A stretch of DNA of 64,000 bases from Tubiluchus corallicola (Eukaryota > Animalia > Priapulida). The position numbers and the translations under genes are program-made. A model generated the notes under the pieces. The model was given only the letters and a program-made list of their open reading frames with translations. It did not search any database and was not told where the DNA came from. This document shows positions 10,933 through 22,853 of the stretch, piece after piece. Position 1 is the stretch's first letter; each line of letters begins with the position of its first letter. The stretch is from contig JAQGDQ010000253.1 of NCBI GenBank assembly GCA_030141605.1, positions 80,911 to 144,910 on the forward strand, written 5' to 3'.

Positions 10933-13900
10933 TATAAAAAAATTAAACAGAAAGCACGAGGGGCTCGCGGCATTAGATAGGTATTCCAGCAAATACTTAT
11001 GAAAATAAAAATTCAGTCAAACATTTTACTGAGCTAAACCAGCAAGATGAGCGCTGCAATTAATGCACAAGTTTCACCTAGGACCACTCAACAAAGCACA
11101 ATAGAAACTGCTCACTGATGGCATTCAATATTCATTGTACCTTTTGAATTACAAAACCTTACGAAAAATTACTTTTAAAAGGTTAAGCAAAAACAAAACA
11201 TGTTAACGTGTAGTTACACTTACCGTACCACATCATTAGCAATCAGAGTGAAAAGTAAATCATAAGCAAATAACTCATCTCCATTTAGCAAGTTAGTCAA
11301 CAGCTTGACAGACACTCTACAGTATGTCGCCAAGTAGGGGTACACTTTCAGATGTTTACAGAGTAAGTCAAAGTTTATTAGAACTGGTACGTATTGTGGC
11401 AAAAAATTAAGGAAGGTAACCAGAGTAATTTTGAATTTTTGTGCACACTCTTCACGGTAGTCTATCATTATGTGCATTATACATTCTCAAAATCACTTTT
11501 AACATGAATGCAACTGAATAACTAAATAAATATTATTAATAAGTCAGTAAATATAAGAATGAACGAATAAATGAATGAATAAGCAAACAAATGAACAAAT
11601 GAGTGAACACGTTAATAAACAATAAATAAATGAATGAACGAATGAAGTTGTGGATTGAGTTGGAAGGGTGAGTGATTTAAGAACTGCAATAATGCAGTCT
11701 TGAGGTCGAGTTTAGCAGCTGCAAACGCCACGACATGTATTTTACATATTATTCATTGTTTGTGTGTTACGTCCTTACATGTATTGTTGTAAATGCAAGT
11801 TGCTAAATAGCCATTAATGCCAAATGCCAATGTCGTCTGTTAAACAAGTGACGGAAAATATAACGTTGTGTTTGTCTTTTTGAGTGAATGAATGAATAAA
11901 AGAATGGTGACAGATAATTTCACAGATTCTTAAATTTGTCACAATTACTAAAATTATGATGGAACTAACGAAATGCAGTTTATCTATTTAGGACTACTAT
12001 CTAGCATTCCCGCAAGGCACTGACAAACTGGGCAATTGCATAGGGCCTGAGACTCTAGATGTGTTTTCTTGTGTTTAAACATTCATTTTTGTAAAAGTAT
12101 TTCTATGAGTCAGAGGGTAAGAGCCTTAGTTAGAGCATAAGACTGTTAAAACAACGCTGGCAGCTGTTCCAGAAGCCTGTGACAAATGTTTTTAAATGAG
12201 TTTACTGGCAGTAGTTTTTATTTTATTAATTTTGCGTAATGTTATTGTTACTCCTGGTTGTTATTGCCTTTCTTAGCTTGTAAGGGAGCCTCGAAGGTTC
12301 CAAGTTATTACAGTATACAACACTCAACACACCAGTATAAAAATCTACTACGAAAGGTAATACTATCTTGTAGTCGCAAGCACGGCGCGAGAGCAAATGC
12401 CATATTTACTATTTGTATCCCACGGTTCCTAAGATTTCCCAGATTTCGCTATAATGACATGTTAGTTAGTAAGTAAGTATCTTTATTTATCACATTTTTT
12501 ATAAGAAAAACACAGAGCATGAAATGATAATATGATACAAAGTGACAAGATTATTAAATGAATAAATTATCTGAGTTAATGATGATCAAGTGATTAGTGA
12601 AAGGGTGGCAAGAAACCAAAAGTTACCAAAGTCAACCACCCTGTTACGATTTTTTAAGTTTTAATCATAAATCTTCTTTACTAAAATCGGTTGGCTCATG
12701 ATGTACTAATACTCTCTTTGTATTAGCTACCATAAAGTGCAGTGTTACTTTAACCTAGGCAGCATTCTGTGCTATTTTGGTGCGCTTTACGTGTTCAGTG
12801 ATAGGCTAGCTCGAGTTTCAACGATAGGGCCAATAGGGTGACCTGTGAAGCCTTGTGAAACTGAAGGGTACCCTCCGGTAGTCATTTGGGAGGTGAATGT
12901 GAATCGTCGCGGTTGGCTGGCACTTATAAAATTTTAATATTTTCTTAAAACGCTGCAAAAACTGGACATTAATTTTCTGTATTGATGCTTAGCCTATACT
13001 ATAGTATAATAAAAAAATCACTAAAATATATTGCAATGCAAATTGTTCAATGGCAGATTTTAATGAATTTTTGTGTTTTAATGTAATCACACATTTGTCA
13101 CATATGTAATCAAAGTCAATCTGAATTGTCAATACAGTTTAACCAAGTTTTACAAAACTCAATGTACACTGTATAGTTGCAGAGCTCTGCTTGGCCTAAG
13201 TATGCTAAAAAGTGCTGCCATATTGCCGAAAAAGCCAAAACGTTGAACAGCGAACAAATTTTATAAACAAACTCAAAATTATACTTAACAATTATAATTG
13301 CGCTGGAAAGTTAACTGAGCTGAGATTGACACAGACTTTCCCTGACAATGTCCGGACATAGTGTGCTCCCTGGCATCTCAAGCCTGCTCTTTTTTGAAGT
13401 AGCTAATAGCTTGATCGAACAATGAACTTGATAAAATTTAGAGTAGGAATCTGTTGGGTGTGTGATTGCATTGTAGAAGAGTGAAATATGATGAAATAGA
13501 CATCTTATCTGTAAACCAAATACCTAAAAAATGTATCAAATATTGATGATCTTGAGTCAAGTTCATGAAAAATTAAATGAAACAGTAAATGAGTTACTGG
13601 TATTGTAGAAATTTTGCAAGTGAAATTTTTCACAAAATTTGTCTTTTAGGCACTAAAAAGATTAATTGTTCAGTAGCAGAAGAAATAAGCTTTATTTTCA
13701 ATACAAATTAGCTGTCATATAGGCAGATGCGGCGTACTGTTTGTCTGTATAAACACTAATTATGCAATCAGCTAAAAGTGCGAGAATTAAGCTTCAGTCC
13801 AATCTCCCCAAAATAGCAAAACTGTGATCTCATTGATGTTTTGATGTCAAGTTTTGAGTGGAAACTTCATATTTTTGCTGTTTAACGTCTGGCTGCTTGA

Positions 13901-14474
13901 CGAGTGAAAGCTAAACTTTACATAGGTAATGAGGTTTTACTTCACTAGTTGTAGGTTGTATGCTGAATGCGCTTTCTTTAGTTTATGTTTTCAAGCAGCA
14001 TTTAAAAATCTGTTTACTTGTTTATATTATCAACATTATTTCACTTTTAAATTAGTTAAAAACAATGTATCCACTAAGCATTCCATTCCTGTTCCTTTTT
14101 TTCATTCATGTCAACATCTTTTCCGTCTCACAAAGTTAAACTTACCCACATAAGTTTGCTGAATTGACATAACTGTGATCAAGACATGGTTTATTGGCAT
14201 TGAAACATGCAAAGCATGTTTTGCAAAGTTTATTAACAATAGCTTTGTTGAATTTTTTAATCAAAAGTCAATTTTTATTTTGTCTAAAGTAATCAAATGC
14301 ATTATAATCTTGCATTTTAGTGAGAGCAGTTTTTTATGAACCCATTGAAAATGCAGCAAACTGTCATGGTCCTGAAAGGGATAATTTTAACTGAATTTAT
14401 CTCTTCACCCAAATGGAACTTGTCTCATTGTATACTGATGACATCATGTTTTTTAATTAATATTCTTTTTATAG

Positions 14475-14821
14475 ACTCTACTAAACCCCTTGATAGAGCA
14501 TTCTGGATTGGTGGGACAGATCAATACCTAGAAGGCAATTGGGTGTGGATTTCTAATGCACATGTCATCTTATATAGTAATTGGTCGAAGCAACCTACAG
14601 AGCCTAACAATTTTGGAGGAAAAGAGCACTGTGTGAATATCAATTACCATCAATTTGGCTCATGGAATGAGAATTTCTGCAATGAACGTTCTGTAATTTG
14701 CTTTGCAGTTTTCAAGATTCAGAACAATGTGCCCTGCCGCTGTTTTGCCAGAGCTTCAATTAATTTGTGTCATAATATGTCATTTATGCCATTCATAATA
14801 CGTGTTCTTTGTCTGCTGTAA
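14475..14821 (+). pseudogene. Orphan C-type lectin domain exon (C-terminal half of CTLD)
   Basis: Acceptor ttctttttatag|; AFWIGGTDQYLEGNWVWIS...YSNWSKQPTEPNNFGGKEHCVNI...GSWNENFCNE has WIG, EG.W.W, EPN and WN(D/E) motifs; homology ends near 14700; no N-terminal CTLD exon recognised. Confidence 0.75.
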
Positions 14822-14850
14822 AAACAAGCCCTTTCCTGGATGATGATTCA

Positions 14851-15142
14851 ATGGATGTTGCCTCCATCGACCTAGCAAATTCTTGTTCTTATCTTTCATC
14901 AAAGGTGCAGCAGCTGTTGGACTGCTCTAGCACTGGTCTTGCTGGAGTCAGTTCTAAATGTGCAGAAGATTCAGCATGGAGTCCTACTTCAATAAAACAC
15001 AACACGTTATTCCACAGTGAGCAGACATTTGGTAAAGTATGTCAGACGTGCGCAACCGAAAAAACTTTGTCACAGAATTATGAATGTATAATTGGACAGG
15101 ACGGTATGTTAAAATGGGATGTAGTAAAGATGTGTATAACAG
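14851..15142 (+). CDS. ERMARD: ERMARD (C6orf70, DUF4209/HEPN) coding exon 1
   Basis: MDVASIDLANSCSYLSSKVQQLL...IIGQDGMLKWDVV aligns with the remembered human N-terminus (TCLSPSVYDII...IVTQNGEVCW); donor |gtattt, phase 1. Confidence 0.8.
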
Positions 15143-15925
15143 GTATTTAAACTTATTTCAATTCAATTTTTCAATTCAATTCAATTTCAATTTATTTACC
15201 TCATTATAATACTACAATAAAACATGATTATTAAAAGAATCTCTAATAAGTTTTGAAGAATGGTTAAAATGTATAGATAGATCTAGAACTAGAGAAAGGA
15301 TAGCGAAAAGTCTATAAAGTCACCTAGTCTGCTATACTTTACCAAATATAGATAAAAAGATTTTTTAGACACTGGTGGACATTAATGTTATCAGTTTAAT
15401 TTAGGAAACATTAGTAATTTTTAAAATTATGACATTTTCTATATAATCCAGAGAAAAGAATATACATGTAGTTTAATTAGCGGGCAATAAAATAAGGTCA
15501 ATCTTGATTAAACTAAAAATTGCATTTAGATTTTATATGAAATACAGGTCAAAATTGCTGTGAAATGATAAAAACACTTTGGGTTGATAATGCTATTAAT
15601 CAACAACAGGAGTTAAATACATTACAATTTATGCTTTTCAATTTAGTTATGTATGATTTGTAGTAGTCTTCTGATAGTAAATATCAGATTTTTATGTACA
15701 ATTTACAAAGCATCACTTTTCTGTAGTTATAGCCGAAGAAATTTGTCATTAGCTTTCATTGATGCTCATTTTGTGGCAAAAAAAGATTATTCAGTTGTCA
15801 TACAATTATAAGCTCATTGTGGTGAAAATAGGTCAATTAACATTTTACGCAGGTTAATAATCATTTTACTTGTATTTTTGTTTTATCAAAGATTGACTGT
15901 TGTTAGTTTCCGGTTTATTTTATAG

Positions 15926-16188
15926 ATCACTGCAGGAAGTCGATGGAATATTATGATTACTTGGAAGTGGTGCACCAGCTATATCCAGTTATGGAAAAAG
16001 TTTCCCACTATTTTGTTTCTTTAACTGCAGATGAATTCTGCTGTCGTTATCACCGTTACTTGATGTGGACTTCGCAACCCGAACTGTTGTGCCAATGTTT
16101 CCGACTTTTAAAAAGTGACGAAGATGGCAGTTCAGTCATATTGGCATTGTTGTTATCTTCTGCAATATTGGAGCGATCATTGGGAAAT
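15926..16188 (+). CDS. ERMARD: ERMARD exon 2
   Basis: ag|..|gt; HYFVSLTADEF...YLMWTSQPEL...ILERSLGN. Confidence 0.93.
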
Positions 16189-16352
16189 GTATGTTTGTTT
16201 ATATTTGGCACTCTGTGTACAGTATTAAAAATAATAATTATAATAATAATAATTTTAATAGTAATAGTAGTAGTAATAATAATAATAATAATAATAATAA
16301 TGTGGCAAACATGTAAATTATGTTACTATTATTAATCTATTTTTATTTTTAG

Positions 16353-16442
16353 GTTTACTTAATGAAAAATGAACAGTGCCCTTCACTTTTGAAAGATTTA
16401 CTGTGCAAACCAGAGCTGGCTGTGATATTTGGAAACACTGAG
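16353..16442 (+). CDS. ERMARD: ERMARD exon 3
   Basis: VYLMKNEQCPSLLKDLLCKPELAVIFGNTE; canonical sites, phase 0/0. Confidence 0.93.
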
Positions 16443-16531
16443 GTAGGACCTGAAAATTGTTTTGCTCTCCTTTCTGCACTTGTATAATTGTAGTGTAAAG
16501 GGAAATGTTGAGTTCAAGAGAAAACTTCCTT

Positions 16532-17002
16532 CAGGGATGAGAATTTTCCGCAGATACGCGGAATTCCGAGTTTTTGGAAGACCAGTAGTGCCATTTTCGT
16601 AAATCGCGTAAATTCGTTGAGAAAATTTTTACGGACCCAATACATTATTTTACAAACTGACCGCTAGTTGGCAGGCCATCGCTTTGTTTACATCACGTAC
16701 ATCAGTGTAACCAAGTGTATATCTCTATGTATAAAAATATAGAATAAATTGTGCAGAGTTATTTGAGTCAATTGCAGACAGTTTTATATACTTTTGCATA
16801 GGAATGGCCAGTACTTAGGCGTTTTTGAGACAATTAGGTATCATGTATCCTTGATAGCTGGGTATTTTAAATTAGGCATGAAACAAGGTAATTGATATTT
16901 TAAGTCCACTTAGAGGTTCTCTACGGTCAGAAAATTGCAATTTGTTGTTGGCTCCAATGGGGCTTTTTCAGAGTTTTTTGCAATTTGTCATTCTCATCCC
17001 TG
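16532..17002. mobile_element. hAT-like MITE
   Basis: 13-bp TIR CAGGGATGAGAAT / ATTCTCATCCCTG; flanks share TTCCTT (imperfect TSD). Confidence 0.75.
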
Positions 17003-17097
17003 TTCCTTTTGTATCCTGTTATTTATATAAAGTGAATAACATTAATTTGACAATGATCTGCAAGAATACAAAGTAAAACAATAATTTAATTTTACAG

Positions 17098-17195
17098 ATG
17101 GACATACTGAAAGCTTTGATGGGTCCACCTATTTCTCTAAACCTTCGTAACCTTGCTTGGCACGGTTTCTTATCATCTCAGGAAATTCAACCTCT
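17098..17195 (+). CDS. ERMARD: ERMARD exon 4 (first HEPN R-x4-H motif)
   Basis: [32 protein letters not shown]; tacag| ... |gtaagt. Confidence 0.95.
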
Positions 17196-17248
17196 GTAAG
17201 TTTCTAATGATTATAGATTAGTTGTCATGCTTTCTGGACAGTAGCGTT

Positions 17249-18107
17249 TAGGAAGCTCCGACAAAACTGGAGTTTCAAAACCGAATCCGTATCAGAGTTT
17301 TAATTCGATTCCATTTATTTCTGAAGTTCTAAGTTACCTTAGATCTGACCCAATTCGGCAGAGACTTGAAAAAAACTGGTTTAGGTTTGGCTAAAGAGCT
17401 ACAATTGGGTAGCGCTTTATTATAAAAGCATTATACGCTCATTTACCTTTAAATTTTTCAGCAAAATCCTGAAATTGTTACCTTTTTTGATAATTTTGCC
17501 AATGTTGCCATATTCGGTTTCAGCATGTGTCCAACTCATGAAATCCTGCGCGAAAGCATCCATCGCATTACGATTTTAGCAGCTAATTTCACAAAAATGC
17601 CAAGTTTCTCGCATTACTTTGATTGAACGTGGTTCGTTAATGACGCACCAAGTGGCTTACACGAACATGGTTTTTGGAGCGTAGGTAAAGGTGCCCCAAG
17701 GAATTTTTGGACTAACAGATCATTTTATATTGTTAGTCATTGGCAGAAAAAATCTGTTACAAAATAATTAGATCATCTACAAGTCCTTATTATTGCAGAA
17801 TTACTGTCAAACGTGCTGCTCAGACAGGTCATCTGTATTCTTCGTAAAAAAGCACTGCAGTCTTACCAATCTGCCATAATTTGGTTGAAAACTGTAGATT
17901 CGTAAAAGATTCTGTAAAAATAACTTACTGAAAAATTGAGATTTGAATTCGATTCGAATTCAAAAATTATTTTAAACTGATATTCGGATTTGGTCCAAAT
18001 TCGGAAATTATTTTAAACTGAGATTCGGATTCGATCTCGAAAATTATTATGAAAATGAGATTTGTTGTAGATTCTGATTCGGTGATATCAGATTCGTGAT
18101 ATCCCTA
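17249..18107. mobile_element. Degenerate hAT-like MITE with GATTCG/CGAATC subterminal repeats
   Basis: Termini TAGG...CCCTA; 6/8 TSD (GTAGCGTT / GTACAGTT); oppositely oriented GATTCG motifs at the two ends. Confidence 0.6.
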
Positions 18108-18467
18108 GTACAGTTATTAACTACTTCCTACATGTCTATCTGGTCATTATATGAATCTTACCATTAATATACAATTGTTGACAAAAATTTCGTTTCTTTG
18201 GAAATTAATATGCATGCGTAAAAATATATTTTTATTTATATTTATATTTTTGCAACAAACTTTTCTGTTGCTAACATTGTTAAGACAGTGGAATATTATA
18301 AATTGTCTTTTTGTTTGTTTTAGTAAAATAGCAAATGGAAAAAAATTAAACTATATTTTTTGCTTGCTTTGTCTTAGTTTCTATCTTGTGGCTTTTTTTA
18401 GATTAAAATTTAATTGACAACAATTGTCCTGCTGCTTAATTAATGATACTTTTATAATATATTTCAG

Positions 18468-18589
18468 ATATATTAGTTTTTTTCTAATGGTTATCATCCA
18501 CTTTGGTTCTTTACTTATTGACGTTAGAGTTCCATGTAGAAGGTGTATCTCATTTGCCAGAGCGAACATCCTAGAAACAGTATTTACAC
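18468..18589 (+). CDS. ERMARD: ERMARD exon 5
   Basis: YISFFLMVIIHFGSLL...RRCISF...LETVFT; phase 2 to 1. Confidence 0.9.
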
Positions 18590-18837
18590 GTAAGTCTAAA
18601 GTTTTGTTGATTACCATTCGCACTACATCAACCTTGCAACGATGATTCTTAACATTCTTACAATTCTCCTTATTGTTTTCTCATTTTTTGGATTTCCATA
18701 TTTTCCATTTAAGCATTCATATTTTCATGCTTATTTACCATTTAATTGAGGCTTTTTTGCTGAATGAAAACAATGCTAAAACATAGCAATATTCAGTTAT
18801 ATTTTTTAACATTGTCAAAACACATTTTTCATTGCAG

Positions 18838-18949
18838 TTGCAATGTGCCATATAGAAATTTGGAAGAAAGTCATTTTCAAAACAAAATTCATACCAACTA
18901 GATGCAGGCCTTTTTGGATGAATGCTTTACATCACTTTTGTGATGAAAG
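18838..18949 (+). CDS. ERMARD: ERMARD exon 6
   Basis: AMCHIEIWKKVIFKTKFIPTRCRPFWMNALHHFCDE; phase 1 to 2. Confidence 0.9.
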
Positions 18950-19560
18950 GTAATACACAGCTAGCTTCCTTGTGCTGACTTTTGTTACGCATATAGTGAT
19001 AATGATAATCATCTAATTCTACGCTTTATCGCATTCAAGAATATAGTACATGGTTTTTAAGCACAATATACGCTGAGTCAGAAAGAAATGCTATTTGTAC
19101 AAAATGGTCGGCACAGTGCTCTATCTGTCTAGGGGAAGCTTTTCTCAGACGTGCATATGCGCACAACAGCCAAACACCAAGTTGCTGGAACTGTGATGTG
19201 CACAGTTCCGTCACGTGTTCTGGTTCCGTACAAGGACTTACAAGTATTTACAAGTATAAAGAAAGAATTAAAGAAAAAAGACTCATTATATTGAATGTAT
19301 CAATAATATCGAGTGAAAAAAGGTGGTGCTGCAGTTCCACAGTGCCTATACACGAACCGTTACTGCTCTGGTCTACATTATGCCTATACTTTCATGATGT
19401 AAGACACATTTGGCATGTTTTTTGTTGGAAAAAAGCGTGCTTTATATGTGAGAAAAGCGGCAACTATCAATGTAAAATACTTGTATAATACCAGGTTAAG
19501 GCTGTCCCTTTTAAAGGAAGTTATAACTTATAAGAAACCTTTTTTCATTTAAACTTTTAG

Positions 19561-19663
19561 ATATGGTTTTGCTGTTACTCTTTTACTACCTCAGTTGGAA
19601 AATGGACTTCGTCGGATTTTTGCTGCTGTAAATAAATGCCCCGAAAGAGTCCTTACAGCTGAG
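19561..19663 (+). CDS. ERMARD: ERMARD exon 7
   Basis: [34 protein letters not shown]. Confidence 0.95.
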
Positions 19664-20679
19664 GTAAGAAGCTGTGATTAATTTTATAGACTGCATTAGC
19701 TGTTCCACAGCTATAAAAATGAGAAAATGTCAGTAAATGCATAAAATAAACTATTCCAGTATCCCCAAACAAGCAAAAAATGTTATCGTAGTAGTTCATT
19801 TTGAATCTGCAAGTTTTCTTGTGCTATCTGGTGTCCACCAAATGTGAAAGTGGTGTAGGATTGCCATCATTTACCACATGTGACTTTCAACTGACCTCTG
19901 CGATCAATTATACAGTTTAATTCATCTCCTTGCACACATTCAAATGATGTGTTAAAATATGTTCTACAAATTCTTTGCCAAAAGAAAAATTTTCAAACTC
20001 ACTTCGAGTCTCGCCCCAAGATGCTAAATTAATTTTAGCCATGACATCACTTTTCCTTAATAGGAGCTTGATAAAACACTAGTAGCAGTAGCTGGGGCAG
20101 TAGCCAAAGCAGCAGCAGCAACCACATACTTTTGACTATTTATAGCTTCTATATTTCAAAGGTTGTGTTTACTAGTCCCAAATGTATCTTGCTATGGAAT
20201 GAACATTGTTGATTTGAAGAAACCAAAAAACTTGAAATTTAGTTTTAAGATTTTATTTTGAAGTGTTTACATAATCAGCAAAGTAGTGTCATGTCGAAAA
20301 GCAGAAAACCAAGTGACCAAAAACTACACATGAAATCATTTAGGTGTGAAAACAGGTTTAGAGATTATGCATTCCTAAAGACTGTAGAAGCCAATGAAAA
20401 TTTAAACAGTAAAGTGAAAGATTTAACAATTTTAACAGGAACACCTGAAGGTGGCAGCACTATCCAAAACTCAAAAAAAGTATTATGGAACGATACAACA
20501 TACATTTAAATTTAGAGTAATTAAAATGATTTTCTTCTGTCCATTGTATTCTATAATTATAAACCAGTCATTTGGCTTTGCATGGCTTAAGGCTGTTACA
20601 TGTGGGCTAAAGCTCTGTCTGTAATTTTGTGTGCTGTTCCTATTAAAGCTACCTCATAGCACTTTTTTAATATTTTCAG

Positions 20680-20778
20680 AATGATGTTTTATACACAACA
20701 TTTGATGAGATGTTGTCTGAAACCCTTCCTGATGGTGAACTTAATCTTCTTAGATCTGCCATAGGCGACAACTACATG
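20680..20778 (+). CDS. ERMARD: ERMARD exon 8
   Basis: NDVLYTTFDEMLSETLPDGELNLLRSAIGDNYM. Confidence 0.95.
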
Positions 20779-21366
20779 GTACTTTTTTTGCATTACGCTG
20801 ACTGAACGCCAGAGACATGAGAAATATGCATCAAGCTGGTGAACTTTTAATAAAGCCCTAAACTTGCTGTGAAACAATGCATATAGCTCTCTTCATCTAT
20901 AGATGAATTTAACTAGCCTACATTTCTAACTCAGTTGGCATTCAACCACTCAGCTTTAGTTTATTTGTATATTGTATAAACTTATAGGTTTTTACAAATA
21001 TCTATTTATAAATGACAAATAATGAAAAAGTTAAATGACCTGCTTTTATGTAAACTGCCTTGTCATGCTAGCATATATGGGCTGACAAAATCAGGTGTAA
21101 AGACTTCAGAGATTAGTCCATTAACAAATGTATTCGTTGCCAGCTTGAATTCTGTCACCTTGAAAGAAATCTCATTCTAACTTGCATATGAGAAACAAGA
21201 CAGGCTTAGTTAAAATATGCAGTTGTTCAGTTCACTGAAAACTAAGTAATGGTGTAAATTTCCTTTGTATTTACTATTTCAAAATGGTTTAAAATTCTCA
21301 TATCTTAACTACACATTTAAAGCTACAGTGTGACCTCAATATGAGTTGACCGTTTTTATTACACAG

Positions 21367-21618
21367 AATATGCTGTATGACTTATTGGTTCACACTGAAG
21401 GGCCTCGCATTCGTGACAAGCTGAGCCATGGTGAGATGGACTTTAATGCACTTCCTGTGCCACTTTGTAATCATGTTTTGTCCGTCTGCTTAAGTTTTTG
21501 CATTGCATTCCTTCCTGCCGAGTCTGATCTTAAGAATGAAGACTGCATCAAATTACTGAGTACTACTGCAGCAAACTACCAACCTCTCTTCCATCCAATA
21601 GCATTACTAAAATCAGAT
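21367..21618 (+). CDS. ERMARD: ERMARD exon 9 (second HEPN R-x4-H motif)
   Basis: NMLYDLLVHTEGPRIRDKLSHGE...YQPLFHPIALLKSD. Confidence 0.95.
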
Positions 21619-21800
21619 GTAAGTTTCATAGCACGTATTTTTATTATTACCATTATTATTTTTACATAACGTCTAAGAACTTGTTTCTGAGCTAGGATTT
21701 GTCAACAAAAGTTTTTGTCTCTTTTTGCTGTATGCATGATCTTCTGCAAATGTTTTCTGAGAATTATGTTAATACAAACCTCATTATTTACATGTTTTAA

Positions 21801-22269
21801 CCCTTTCATACCCGTTGTATCTCGTGGGATACGAGAATATTTTCTGCCTTTAAAATTAATAAAATTTTAAACCTGACAGTTATTTGATCTGTTAATAGTT
21901 ATTTTGATTTAAGCCAATAACAATAAACTAAAGATGGTGATAAAATGGCAAACTAAAAAATTTACGTAGCATAAAAAACTGCACAAGGTACAGTACTTTA
22001 GAGACGACTTTGTACAGATCAGCATAACATGCATGCTAAATGTCTTAAATACTTTAAAAAGTTATCAGCAGTTGCAAAATGAAGCACATTTTATGCTTCC
22101 ATTGAATCCCAATGTATCCCGTGGCATGCAGGCTATATTTAGCACACGGGCACAGGTAGAAAAGATAATTATTATGTGTGAACATACTGATTCAAGATGG
22201 ACATACTGAACAAAAGTACCAAGCCAAAAAAAATTTTCTTATTAAAGAAATAATTTGGGACTCAAAGGG
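21801..22269. mobile_element. piggyBac-type MITE, copy 2
   Basis: TTAA|CCCTTT...AAAGGG|TTAA; homologous to 8881-9329. Confidence 0.9.
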
Positions 22270-22665
22270 TTAACAATGGCAGTTCCTGGTATCTGCATAT
22301 ACATGTCTTTAAACTAGAGTATACCTAAAAACTTTTTACATATACTTTTTCAAGATGTTTTTTCCAAAAAAACATTAACATTATTCTCATCAACATGTAT
22401 GCTAATTGGTATGTATTTTCCTTTTAAATGAATAATTGTAGAATCTTTGATGCATTAATTATAGTTAATTTCGTATTAGTTATTATAACATAATAATTCT
22501 AAATTAGCTTTTGTATCAAGTCACCAAAATATTTTTTTCATTCATGCACATGCAGTCTTTTTCATGTCAGATATGTATTGCAAATTTTCGGATAAAAATA
22601 TATTGCTGATTGACATTAATTTCAATTTGTTAGTCAATGCTTTACAGTTTTTTTGTTTTATCCAG

Positions 22666-22853
22666 GTTCAAGAACTACCAAGACTGCTGCTGTCCTGGAA
22701 AGATTGTCCGATGTCCAAACTTTGTGAAGCGGAATCTGACTGGAAAACATTGTTTGAGAATGTCGATAAATCAAAAGCTGTTGAAGCTATTGAGATTGTT
22801 TTGCACTATGCCTGTCAGATGTCAGTAGAAATACCTGATCTAACACTTTGCGG
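22666..22853 (+). CDS. ERMARD: ERMARD exon 10
   Basis: VQELPRLLLSWKDCP...; tccag| ... |gtatga; phase 0 to 2. Confidence 0.85.
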
